A DNA stretch of 64,000 nucleotides, from contig CAYSUI010000001.1 of NCBI GenBank assembly GCA_964434195.1, positions 8,931 to 72,930 on the forward strand. The letters are read 5' to 3'. The notes under the pieces were generated by a model that had not been told where the DNA came from, searched no databases, and saw only the letters and a program-made list of their open reading frames with translations. This DNA is from an uncultured Candidatus Saccharibacteria bacterium (GTDB taxonomy: Bacteria > Patescibacteriota > Doudnabacteria > UBA920). Each line of letters opens with the position of its first letter. Position 1 is the stretch's first letter. The position numbers and the translations under genes are program-made. Below are positions 40,937 through 50,125 of the stretch, one piece after another.

Positions 40937-41653
40937 ATGAAAATTCGAATTGGTTTACCGAAGGAAGAAAGACTTAGGAATAAAACTGCTTCTGTGCTTG
41001 AAGCAATAAGCAAAGAGTTTACAAATGAAAGCAGTCCTAGATGTGAGTTAACCACAATTAGAACTGGCGACATGTATACAGACTGCCTTTGCAGGTTTGT
41101 TGATATTGCAATACTGAGCACAGAAGTTTTAGTCGAATCCTCTCTCCAGTTTTCAGGACAGAGAATTCACTTATTTGATACATGCGATAGCCTAACTGTG
41201 GTACCTTTTCCTATTAAGCCTTGGTGGGTTGCGAATTACACATGGAAAGATCGTTATTTTGATAATGCTTTCCATACTGTCGGACCTGGTACTAGTATTG
41301 CGAGCGAATTTCCACTTCTTACACGACACCGTTATTTCTTTACTGATATCTATGCATTTGAGGGATGCGTAGAAGCGAGAGTGGCACAAAAAAATATCGA
41401 ACGACCACTTTGTGGCATGCATGCTTACGGAGTAGGAATTGTAGATTCCGGCAAAACACTAGAGGAGTACAATTTGAAAGTTATAGACTGGATTATGGAA
41501 GTCAGACCCATTTGGATATTTGGAACGCATCTACTCCGTAACCCAAAACCCAGAAAGCTAATAAAAAAACTTCTGTCCTTAAGCGGTAGTAGCTTAGGAA
41601 ATGCTATAGAGATAGAAAGATACAATCCTAACCTCAAACAGTTCTTCAGTTAG
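40937..41653 (+). CDS. hisG: divergent ATP phosphoribosyltransferase (short-form HisG-like)
   Basis: IGLPK..RL, IR..D, IASEFP, GCVE, IVDSGKTL..YNL match HisG motifs; AAGGAGG RBS. Confidence 0.7.
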   Translation: MKIRIGLPKEERLRNKTASVLEAISKEFTNESSPRCELTTIRTGDMYTDCLCRFVDIAILSTEVLVESSLQFSGQRIHLFDTCDSLTVVPFPIKPWWVANYTWKDRYFDNAFHTVGPGTSIASEFPLLTRHRYFFTDIYAFEGCVEARVAQKNIERPLCGMHAYGVGIVDSGKTLEEYNLKVIDWIMEVRPIWIFGTHLLRNPKPRKLIKKLLSLSGSSLGNAIEIERYNPNLKQFFS

Positions 41654-41684
41654 TACGCGAATAAAAAAACGTAGCTCTTTTGAG

Positions 41685-41834
41685 CTACATTTTTTTATCT
41701 TCAGATTGATTTTTATTATCCTCATCTTCTTGAGCACCATAGACAGGCTCTTGGTCTCTTGGTACCTTCATATTACCCGAACTATCGAAACCATATTCAC
41801 CTGGTTGAAATTGTTTTCTTTCATTATCACTCAT
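41685..41834 (-). CDS. small acidic protein (49 aa)
   Basis: MSDNERKQFQPGEYGFD...EDKKM ORF downstream of ndk, ending in a terminator hairpin. Confidence 0.45.
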   Translation of the reverse strand: MSDNERKQFQPGEYGFDSSGNMKVPRDQEPVYGAQEDEDNKNQSEDKKM

Positions 41835-41870
41835 ATATTTTAGCTAATTATAATTATTTAATAATTACTA

Positions 41871-42461
41871 TTAAAACATTATGTCTTCTTCTGCGCGCTT
41901 GTATTCGTTTATTTCTTTGTCTTCGAACCAGAGACTGATTTCGTTATTTGCCTCTTCTACTGTTTCGCTGGCGTGCATTATGTTGTGGATAGCGCGACCT
42001 TCTACATTGGCTACTGCTGGACTGTCTACCGAATAATCCCCTCTTACAGTTCCCATTTCAGCGAAAACTGGAAGAGTATGACCTGCGAGTTTTCTGACCA
42101 TATCTATAGCATGAATTCCCTGGATAACCATGGCTACTATTGGACCAGATTGCATGTATTCGAACAGAGATTCTTTTACCATTTTACCTAATTCCTTCGG
42201 ATCTCCGGTACCTTGAGCAGCTACTGGGTCTATACCATATTCAGTATAAGTCTTAAGGGTTTTCTGGCCAAGTCTTTCTACCCATTCTTCCGCTTTTGGG
42301 AAATGATTCTCCAAATGAGCCCTGTCTACCTGTGTCATTTTTAGAGCTATAACTTTTAAACCCCTTCTCTCTATTCTTCTAATAACCTCACCGATTAAAC
42401 CTCTTTTTACTCCGTCTGGCTTAACTAATGCTAAAGTTTTTTCTTCTTTAATGTGTTTCAT
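41871..42461 (-). CDS. ndk: nucleoside diphosphate kinase
   Basis: TLALVKPDGVKRGLIGE, GTVRGD, NIMHAS; start reassigned to ATG 42461 with GGAG RBS. Confidence 0.97.
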   Translation of the reverse strand: MKHIKEEKTLALVKPDGVKRGLIGEVIRRIERRGLKVIALKMTQVDRAHLENHFPKAEEWVERLGQKTLKTYTEYGIDPVAAQGTGDPKELGKMVKESLFEYMQSGPIVAMVIQGIHAIDMVRKLAGHTLPVFAEMGTVRGDYSVDSPAVANVEGRAIHNIMHASETVEEANNEISLWFEDKEINEYKRAEEDIMF

Positions 42462-42631
42462 TCGTCCAAATTTACTCCGACCTCCGTTACTAGTCCGATG
42501 CAGGACAAGCAACTGCAGTCTACATAAATTTCTCCTCTTCCCAAATTGCTTCTTTCTATGTTTTTTGAAAAATCCCTCTTCGGGCTTTTTCAAACAAACT
42601 CATAGGTAAGCAAGTAATTTGGGAGTTTTAA

Positions 42632-43429
42632 TTATTTGGTTACAATACTTGCTTTGTTTATAACAATTTTTTCTTTTGGGGCGCCGTCGGCTCCGCCCAT
42701 GTAGGGGTTGGGAATTATTTCTGCGTCGCCGATCTTATCTACTACATCTAGGCCTGTGGTTACTTTACCGAAAATTGTGTATTTGTGGTCTAGGGGGTAG
42801 TCTGAGAGTAGAATAAAAAACTGACTAGAGTTGGTGTTTGGACCGCGGTTTGCCATGGCTAGAACACCATGTTTATAACCTGCTTTATAGCTGGGGGTTT
42901 CAGGATTTAATTCATCTTCGAAATCAGCACCAAAAGCACTTATACCACCTGTTCCATCTCCTTTAGGATCTCCGCCTTGGATTACGAATCCTTTGGAGAT
43001 GCGGTGGAAAGTTAGACAATCGTAGAAACCAGAGTTCACGAGTCTTAAGAAATTCTCCACTGCTTTAGGAGCATCTTTCTCGTAGAATTCGAGACCGAGC
43101 TTTCCGTAGCCAGCGACATCTAATTCAACTTTTTGGTTTGCTAGCTCAACTTTTGCTGTCTTAAGCTTATTCTCGTCAAAATTCCTTGTGCAATTGGCCA
43201 TGCTTGTAGGATTTTCTCCAGGAACCTTACCTTGATCGGTTGTATCCTTTGATTCTCCCAAAACATCTCCTGTTGTTGTATCTTCTTTGGTCATTTCCTT
43301 GGATTCTGTTTGTGCGGCTTGCTCTTCTGCTACAGTACCTGACTTTCTTGTACTATTGTAGACGAAAATTCCACCGGCTATTAATAAAAACGCTGCTAGA
43401 GCGTAGACAATTTGGTTTTTGTTATTCAT
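42632..43429 (-). CDS. membrane-anchored cyclophilin-type PPIase
   Basis: FHRI..GFVIQGGDP.G.G.GG, LAMANRGPNTNSSQFFI. Confidence 0.96.
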   Translation of the reverse strand: MNNKNQIVYALAAFLLIAGGIFVYNSTRKSGTVAEEQAAQTESKEMTKEDTTTGDVLGESKDTTDQGKVPGENPTSMANCTRNFDENKLKTAKVELANQKVELDVAGYGKLGLEFYEKDAPKAVENFLRLVNSGFYDCLTFHRISKGFVIQGGDPKGDGTGGISAFGADFEDELNPETPSYKAGYKHGVLAMANRGPNTNSSQFFILLSDYPLDHKYTIFGKVTTGLDVVDKIGDAEIIPNPYMGGADGAPKEKIVINKASIVTK

Positions 43430-43446
43430 GCTTCTGGATTTAATGC

Positions 43447-44760
43447 TTAACGCTCAGGCATTTTAACATAGTGGTTTTTTTTGCGAAAGACTATAAAAAT
43501 ATAAGCGAAAAACATAAGTAAATAAGAGCAGATTAGGTATGGGATATTTATTGAGAATTGCACTTTTGCTATTTCTACACTACTTATTGAATTTAAAACA
43601 GGAATTATAAACTGTAAGATTAGAGAGGCTAGAAACCCGAATCCATAACCCAAAAATGGGATTAAACTTAAGAAGCCAGTGAGCATTATAATAGGTACTA
43701 CTGGAAGAATAACTAGATTTGCTAATAAGGAGAGAAAGCTAAATGTGCCGAAATAATAGAGCGTAAAGGGTAAGGTGGCAATTGTAGCCGAGAGCGTACT
43801 TGTTATTAAAAGTGCGAGGCTTGAATTTTGATTCTTGAAAACTTTCCCTATGAATGGACTTAAATAAATTATCCCAAGCGTAGCAAGGAAACTTAACTGA
43901 AAACCCGGGTCGTAAAATAGAATTAACGGGTTAAGTAAAACCATAACACCACCGGTAAATAAAATAATAGAACTCTGTGAATATGGCCTGCCTGAAACCC
44001 TCGCCAAACATAGAGCCAGACCCATTATACTTGCGCGCACAACCGAAGCACCAGCTCCTGTTATAAGAGCGAAGATAAACACTAGTAACGCTAGAAAAAT
44101 AAAACTTCTTCTTCTACCTATTAACTTCGCTAACCATTCACCTATTAGAAGCGTAATAATTCCGATATTGTAACCGGAAACCGAAAGAACATGACTTACC
44201 CCACTCTGCCTGAAGGACTCCTTTATTTCTTCTGGAATATTTTTAGCAGACCCTATGAGCATACCCATTACAATCTGATTTTCTGGAAAAGAAATTCTTT
44301 CTTCGATTGTCTCCGTAACATAATGCTTTAGTGAATATATGTAGTGTATTACCCTATTCCCCTGATGTTTTTTTAAGACAATTACTTTTGGATTCTTTAT
44401 GAGCGCAGTCACGTTTTTTGTTTGTAGATAGTGGGGATAGTCGAAGCCGTTGAAGGGTTGGGGTTTTTCTAGCTTACCTTGCACCCAAACTCGATCTCCA
44501 TATTCAAATTTAGCGTAACCTCTGTATTGCAGTAGAATATATTCGGAATAATTGTCTGGCTTCAGGGTAATTAGCTGGAGACTTTTCCTTGCATCTACAT
44601 CTTCTACTATTATTCCGTCTATGCTTACAAAGTTTTGGTACTTACTAGAAAATTGTGTAGTAGTAGTTGGAATATAACCAAAACAAAAAGCCAGGATTGC
44701 CCCGAGCAATATACTGGCTGATGTAATTTTTACTAACATATGCTTGGTCATACCGAGCAT
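43447..44760 (-). CDS. comEC: ComEC/Rec2 competence protein (no MBL domain)
   Basis: FDY..YL, G.SH.LSVSGYN, SVVRA.IM, GFQLSF.AT. Confidence 0.93.
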   Translation of the reverse strand: MLGMTKHMLVKITSASILLGAILAFCFGYIPTTTTQFSSKYQNFVSIDGIIVEDVDARKSLQLITLKPDNYSEYILLQYRGYAKFEYGDRVWVQGKLEKPQPFNGFDYPHYLQTKNVTALIKNPKVIVLKKHQGNRVIHYIYSLKHYVTETIEERISFPENQIVMGMLIGSAKNIPEEIKESFRQSGVSHVLSVSGYNIGIITLLIGEWLAKLIGRRRSFIFLALLVFIFALITGAGASVVRASIMGLALCLARVSGRPYSQSSIILFTGGVMVLLNPLILFYDPGFQLSFLATLGIIYLSPFIGKVFKNQNSSLALLITSTLSATIATLPFTLYYFGTFSFLSLLANLVILPVVPIIMLTGFLSLIPFLGYGFGFLASLILQFIIPVLNSISSVEIAKVQFSINIPYLICSYLLMFFAYIFIVFRKKNHYVKMPER

Positions 44761-44788
44761 ATTAGCCTAAGTTTTAAAAGGAATGCAA

Positions 44789-45493
44789 CTAGAGACCAGA
44801 ACTTAATTCCACCTGCTGATAAGCTTCCATTTTTTCTAAAATTGCTTTTTTCAACATTTCTGCATCTGCTTTTTTAAGCCCAGGAATATTAACCTTGTTT
44901 CTACTTGCACCTACAGAGTCGCCGTGCTGATTATAACCTGATGTAAGTCGAAAACTTCTCGTGTCTTCTCCCCCGCTCACACCTGCATTCTCGACAGTGA
45001 GGGAAGCGAGACCTGCGAGCCGATCAAAGAAATCTTGTTTAACATTCACATGCTGAATAACCCCATAAGGGAAGTTGCGCTGTTTTTTTGAAATAACGCC
45101 CTGATGTACGATGAAAAATTCTGGCTCGAGAGAATAATGAAAATTTTTGCGAATAAGTGGGTTGGCTATTAAGTAAATAGGCAACGCAATGAGTAAATAG
45201 ACATTTATACCACCAAAAAGAACCAATAGTAAAAACTGGATGATAATGATAATAATTGGCGCTTTAAATACCCAAAGGGTTGTTATAGGGTAGTTTTTTT
45301 CGGTGATACTTGCACCCGCAATACTGGGTTGCAGAAGACTCGCCTTATTTGGAGAGGTTTGGATTGCACTAAAAACTTCATCTACTAAAGTAGCCTGCCA
45401 ACCTGCCTGCAGAACTTGGTTCTTTATTGACTCCAAAGGTACACCTTTACTAAGTTCACCTTGTACGTAGTTTTGCAAATCTTGATTTACCAT
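44789..45493 (-). CDS. bPH_2 (YdbS-like) membrane protein
   Basis: PY..IQHV...Q..FDRL.GLASL.V. Confidence 0.8.
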   Translation of the reverse strand: MVNQDLQNYVQGELSKGVPLESIKNQVLQAGWQATLVDEVFSAIQTSPNKASLLQPSIAGASITEKNYPITTLWVFKAPIIIIIIQFLLLVLFGGINVYLLIALPIYLIANPLIRKNFHYSLEPEFFIVHQGVISKKQRNFPYGVIQHVNVKQDFFDRLAGLASLTVENAGVSGGEDTRSFRLTSGYNQHGDSVGASRNKVNIPGLKKADAEMLKKAILEKMEAYQQVELSSGL

Positions 45494-45494
45494 T

Positions 45495-46109
45495 TTATTG
45501 TATTGGCGTAACTGGTGGGGGTGGTGGTACTGGCACTGGTGGAGGAGGTGGCGTACTCGCGAAACCTGAGTGCTGGGATTGAATATTCCTAACTCTATTT
45601 ATTTTTTCACTAACAGTCTGCAGAAGAAGACCTCTAAGACCGTCGGCTGCTGGCTTTTCTACTCCATCGATATGAGCTTGCATACCTGACGAAATGGTGG
45701 CACTTGAAATATGAACGTCGTAGATACCTAAAATTCTATCGAGTAGATCCTGGTCGACATAAACATCTTGAATACGCTCGTAAGGCATAGTAATTTCTTG
45801 AGGGGTAATTGGGCCTTTTTTTATTACTACATAATTAGCGTCTAGCTCATAGTAATAAGTGGCAAAATACCAACGTTGGTAGAAATATACCGAAAAGAAT
45901 AAAATCGCAGATAGTAAACCAAAAATCACAGTATCCACCACTACTATTGTCATTGTGCTAGTCTCTGATCCAAAGGCTGAAAGAAAGACGAGGGCCCAAA
46001 TTACAAAGAAAGCTACTAAGGGTACTAACGTTCCTCGAATGGTCTTTTTCCAAATTTTTTTATGACTCAGAGGATACATCTCTCTGGTCTTACTCATGGC
46101 TATTTTCAT
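45495..46109 (-). CDS. bPH_2 (YdbS-like) membrane protein with Pro-rich tail
   Basis: PYERIQDV.VDQ..LDRILGI. Confidence 0.82.
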   Translation of the reverse strand: MKIAMSKTREMYPLSHKKIWKKTIRGTLVPLVAFFVIWALVFLSAFGSETSTMTIVVVDTVIFGLLSAILFFSVYFYQRWYFATYYYELDANYVVIKKGPITPQEITMPYERIQDVYVDQDLLDRILGIYDVHISSATISSGMQAHIDGVEKPAADGLRGLLLQTVSEKINRVRNIQSQHSGFASTPPPPPVPVPPPPPVTPIQ

Positions 46110-46141
46110 ATTGTTTTTTAATATTTGTTTCTGTACTAATA

Positions 46142-47452
46142 TTATTTATTTAGTTTTTTTTGAATGAAATCTGTTATGTTTTCCAAAGCTACGGACTCTT
46201 CTTCTCTGGAATTAATGTTTTTAACTTTAACCTGTCCTAGTTCTTTTTCCTCGTTACCAAAAATGAGCGCATAACGGATGGATTTGCTTTCGGCGTATTT
46301 AAATTGCTTTGGAAGTTTTTCTTCTTCGTAATAAATTTCAGAACTTATACCGTTGCTTCGTAATTTTTTTAGCATATCTAAATAATCCTCAGTAAGCGAC
46401 TTACTTAAGTTTAGTACCAAACAATCCGCGTTTGTGCCTGTTGGTAGGTTTCCAGCACTTTCTAATGCTTCGAAAAGTCGGTCTATACCTAAACTTGCAC
46501 CTACCGCGGGTAGGGGTTTGTTAGAGAATTGGTCTACTAAGCTATCGTAACGACCGCCGCCGGTTACGGAACCAAACTCTGGTTTGTCTTTTAGAACTAT
46601 TTCGAAAACCATACCCGTGTAGTAGTCTAAACCACGGGCTATAAAAGGATCGAATGCAAGCTTGTCTGCGCTTACCCCAAAACGCATGATGTTTTTCATA
46701 AGTTTTTGAATGTAACCAACCAGAGCTGAGCCTTCTTCAAACTGATTTTGGATTTCGGTGAAAATATTTTGCGAGTCTCGAATACTTAGGAATTTTTCTA
46801 CTTGCTCTAGTAGCTTGCCGGAGATTCCTTGGTTTTTTAGATACTCAAGAACCCCTTCCACTCCTATTTTCTCCACCTTATCTATACCGCGAATTATGGT
46901 AACAATTTGCTCTGGCGAACCTCCGGAAGCATTTTGAAAGATATTGAAAAGCTTACGATCGTTTATACGTGCTTCGAAATTTTTTATACCTAAAGTTTCT
47001 AAAACTTTACAGAAACAAGCTATTATTTCTGCATCTGCTAATTCTGAATCGGTCCCTACTATGTCTACATCGCACTGAATGAATTCACGACTTCTACCTC
47101 TTTGGGTATTTTCTGCTCTCCAAACTGGAGCGATTTGGTATCTCCTAAAAGGATATGTAAGAGTGGATTGATGCTCGGCCACAAATCTTGCTAGGGGTAC
47201 CGTTAGGTCGTAGCGAAGAGCTATTTCTCTTGCTCCATGGTCTGTGAAAGAATACACAAGTTTTTCATCCTCACCATATTTATTTAGTAAAATTTCTTTG
47301 TATTCTAAGGCTGGAGTGTAAATGGGTTCAAAACCAAAGGACTCAAAGACCTCTTGAATCTTATGTAACATTTCCTGTCTGGCTTTTTGTTCCTTAGGAA
47401 AAAAATCACGAAAACCCTTTAGGGTTCGGGGTTCAATCTTGTTTGTTGTCAT
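46142..47452 (-). CDS. hisS: histidine--tRNA ligase
   Basis: LRYDLTVP, GR.REF.QCD.D, RGLDYYTG, GGGRYD. Confidence 0.99.
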   Translation of the reverse strand: MTTNKIEPRTLKGFRDFFPKEQKARQEMLHKIQEVFESFGFEPIYTPALEYKEILLNKYGEDEKLVYSFTDHGAREIALRYDLTVPLARFVAEHQSTLTYPFRRYQIAPVWRAENTQRGRSREFIQCDVDIVGTDSELADAEIIACFCKVLETLGIKNFEARINDRKLFNIFQNASGGSPEQIVTIIRGIDKVEKIGVEGVLEYLKNQGISGKLLEQVEKFLSIRDSQNIFTEIQNQFEEGSALVGYIQKLMKNIMRFGVSADKLAFDPFIARGLDYYTGMVFEIVLKDKPEFGSVTGGGRYDSLVDQFSNKPLPAVGASLGIDRLFEALESAGNLPTGTNADCLVLNLSKSLTEDYLDMLKKLRSNGISSEIYYEEEKLPKQFKYAESKSIRYALIFGNEEKELGQVKVKNINSREEESVALENITDFIQKKLNK

Positions 47453-47517
47453 GTTATTTATATTTTACCTATTTATTTATAAAAGAAAAAGCGCCTTTGC
47501 TTAAGGCGCTTTTCTTT

Positions 47518-49116
47518 CTACTGATTAACCAAAATAGTATCGAGAGTTTCTTTTTTTCTACGTAGACGTCTATAAACCCACATACCAGCTGTTACAGATG
47601 CGAGCCCTGCAAGCACTAACCAAGAAGACATTGTGGCTTTTTGTAGAGGAGTTGCTGGGCGATCTATATTTTCTGGATAATACCCTCCACTCATATAACG
47701 TGGGATATCTATACTTGCGAATTTAGTTACGGCACTACTGAGTTTTGTGGCAGCGGAAGCAAGAGACTTTGCGGCACCAGTTATGCCTGTTAACGAAGTG
47801 TTAGTAACTGGGGTTTTCCCAGTTGTAACTGCTTGTGTTGCTTTTGTTGTTTTACCTGAATCTTTCGTGTCTGAAGTTTGTTTAGCCTGTGAGACAGTTT
47901 TTGACGTACCTGAATTAGTTGCGCCTAGGTTAGAAACTATTTCTGGTTTTGATTCTTTGGTAGCAGCAACTTTACCAGTTTCTGTGTTTGTCATATTTAT
48001 AGCACCTGAGGGGTTGGTGCTAGTATTCAAATTTTTATCGATCTTCTGATTAGCAGTGCTAATAGATTCTTGCTTTGTGGTTGGTTGATTTTTAGGAGCG
48101 GGAGAATTTGCAGTGTTTTTTGTCGGACTCTTAGAACTGTCATTAGAATTTTGAACAATAACTACTGGACTTACAGGTTGATTAGACTGAGGAGAAACCA
48201 TACCCAAAATACTTAGTATATTGGGAAGCAAAGTAATGATAACCGGTCCCACAAATTTCTTTGCTGCTGATATTATTTTCCCCCATCCATTTATTTCTGT
48301 TCTAGCTTTCTTGGAAGTTTTTAAAACGCCTTCGATATTCTTAGAATTCTTTTTAAAGAACTTGAAGAATGCGGTTATGGATTTTTTTGTAGATTTCCAG
48401 ATTCTTCTCATGAAGCCCGTAGGGGTAACAAGTATTCTATTAAATAGCTTTATAGTCCAACGAGTAGCGTATTTAGCAGAACTTACGAACCGGCCGAGAA
48501 GTCTCGGTAAAGCAGCTCCGGAGATTGCCATATACCCATAACCAGCGATTGCACCTACGGCCAATGCTGAAGCTACTATTACTGTGGTTTTTAATACTAT
48601 AAAGCTTAGCTGTTTAAAGAAAACAGTAAAACTTCCTTGGTTTAAAGCGGTACTAAGCGCGGAGATGTTGCTACCGAAAATCCGGGTGAGTCCAAACCGA
48701 GATTCAATTCTTTGCATGCCTGAGGCAATAGAGTTAAGACTTGGATTCTCTATAGGACTATTCATGAAACGAATAAATCTATCGTAACCTGACCCAATTG
48801 TAGTCGTGACTTTGGAAAATAATTTTCCAAACCAAGATTTTTTTTCTTGCACACCCTGCTTTTCTATAGAAAGATTTTCGGAACTAGAAATTTCTCTGTT
48901 ATAGTTTTGAGTTTTAATATTGGGGACATAGTTTGAACCCGATGCTGATGATTCACCATATTGCTCCATTCCGGGAACCATGTTGGTACTTTGCCCCTGA
49001 GTCATTGGATATACAACTGAGTCTAATGCGAGAACAGTTTGCGCTCCAATTAAGAAGAAGATACCAGCCGAAAGAAGCGTACTTTTAAATAACTTATATT
49101 TTGCGAAATTACGCAT
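47518..49116 (-). CDS. surface/membrane protein with S/T/N-rich stalk and C-terminal TM + basic tail
   Basis: signal peptide, internal hydrophobic segments, low-complexity region, ...GMWVYRRLRRKK. Confidence 0.7.
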   Translation of the reverse strand: MRNFAKYKLFKSTLLSAGIFFLIGAQTVLALDSVVYPMTQGQSTNMVPGMEQYGESSASGSNYVPNIKTQNYNREISSSENLSIEKQGVQEKKSWFGKLFSKVTTTIGSGYDRFIRFMNSPIENPSLNSIASGMQRIESRFGLTRIFGSNISALSTALNQGSFTVFFKQLSFIVLKTTVIVASALAVGAIAGYGYMAISGAALPRLLGRFVSSAKYATRWTIKLFNRILVTPTGFMRRIWKSTKKSITAFFKFFKKNSKNIEGVLKTSKKARTEINGWGKIISAAKKFVGPVIITLLPNILSILGMVSPQSNQPVSPVVIVQNSNDSSKSPTKNTANSPAPKNQPTTKQESISTANQKIDKNLNTSTNPSGAINMTNTETGKVAATKESKPEIVSNLGATNSGTSKTVSQAKQTSDTKDSGKTTKATQAVTTGKTPVTNTSLTGITGAAKSLASAATKLSSAVTKFASIDIPRYMSGGYYPENIDRPATPLQKATMSSWLVLAGLASVTAGMWVYRRLRRKKETLDTILVNQ

Positions 49117-49207
49117 ATTCTTTAATTTAATTAAGAAAACCACAATAAAAACCCTATTTCAGGGTTTTTGTTTGCCTATTAATATAGCTTCCTCTAAGAA
49201 TTTTGCA

Positions 49208-49245
49208 AGACTAGTAAAACGCGCGGGCGCGCGATATACTAGTCT
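49208..49245. repeat. 38-bp palindrome, copy 2 (19 nt upstream of the Cas2/PaaX-like gene)
   Basis: AGACTAGTAAAACGCGCG-GG-CGCGCGATATACTAGTCT. Confidence 0.95.
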
Positions 49246-49264
49246 GCTATTAAATTGAAAATTT

Positions 49265-49762
49265 ATGTCTAAAGGATTTTTAGTTGTTGAGATGCTTAAA
49301 ATGTTTGGCTTTGGTGAAGGCGACATGCCCATACCTTTTGAAACCCATTTTGATTATATGCGGAGGATAAGGAAGGACTTATCTGCAAAAAAGCATAGAG
49401 ATATGCTTTACTATCTCAGCAAACAAGGCTTGATAAAATCCAAGACAGTCCATAAGAAGAAATTAATATCTTTAACTAAAAAAGGAGTACTTAAGATTCT
49501 TTATATGAAAGCCTCTGAGGAGACGACCGGACCACGTATAGATGGACTAAAACAATTGATAATTTTCGACATCCCGGAATACCCTTTGGTCCGGAACAAA
49601 CGTGATGTACTGAGAAGGATTCTAAAGAAACTAGAATTCAAAAAACTTCAAGCTAGTGTTTACTACAGGGACAAACCACTTCCACTGGAAGCAAGACAAT
49701 ATCTTAAGGAGTCGGGATTAAATAAATTTATTATTTCCTTGCTAGCTAAATTTGAAAACTAA
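49265..49762 (+). CDS. wHTH + Cas2-like/PaaX central-domain protein
   Basis: L..L.KQGLI......ISLTKKG (wHTH); LIIFDIPE....KRD.LRR.LK.L.F..LQ.SVY (Cas2/PaaX ferredoxin-like pattern). Confidence 0.85.
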   Translation: MSKGFLVVEMLKMFGFGEGDMPIPFETHFDYMRRIRKDLSAKKHRDMLYYLSKQGLIKSKTVHKKKLISLTKKGVLKILYMKASEETTGPRIDGLKQLIIFDIPEYPLVRNKRDVLRRILKKLEFKKLQASVYYRDKPLPLEARQYLKESGLNKFIISLLAKFEN

Positions 49763-49793
49763 TAAAACGCGCGGGCGCGCGTTTTATTAGTCT
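49756..49793. repeat. 38-bp palindrome, copy 3 (contains the stop codon of the Cas2/PaaX-like gene)
   Basis: AAACTAATAAAACGCGCG-GG-CGCGCGTTTTATTAGTCT; compensatory G-C to A-T change. Confidence 0.95.
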
Positions 49794-49794
49794 A

Positions 49795-49823
49795 TTGCAC
49801 AATCCCCGTCGTTAGTGTATCCT
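49795..49823 (+). promoter_or_regulatory. sigma70-like promoter for 49860..50096
   Basis: TTGCAC-N17-TATCCT immediately after palindrome copy 3. Confidence 0.5.
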
Positions 49824-49859
49824 TTTGTGTTTTATACACATTTAAGGGGGATTTGAGAG

Positions 49860-50096
49860 ATGAGTAGTTTAATTAGAACAGGACACGAAGCGTTCTTGGC
49901 GCAGGCGCAAGGTAACGATTCAGTGGTTAGAATTGTAACTTTCTCGGGAGAGAGAAGACTTGGAGTAGTCTCTCTTATCGAAAATGGCACAGTAACTATA
50001 TTGGATTCCAAGGAGCAGGAATCCAGAATTACTATTGATAGAATCGAAATTACTGAACAACTAGATTTTAACGGACTAATGCATGAATGGGACTAG
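49860..50096 (+). CDS. Hfq/Sm-like small protein
   Basis: HEAFL...V.I.T.SG....G.V......V.I.......I....I parallels Hfq QDPFL...VSIYLVNGIKLQGQI...VILL...VYKHAI. Confidence 0.5.
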   Translation: MSSLIRTGHEAFLAQAQGNDSVVRIVTFSGERRLGVVSLIENGTVTILDSKEQESRITIDRIEITEQLDFNGLMHEWD

Positions 50097-50125
50097 ATAT
50101 GAATACCTCGGATGAGGTTTTTTGT

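Noticed and set aside
42462-42593. N-terminal extension of Ndk (and of MutM at 36870-36914)
   Set aside because: Family-typical starts with a GGAG RBS lie downstream; the extensions just read through repeat or hairpin DNA.
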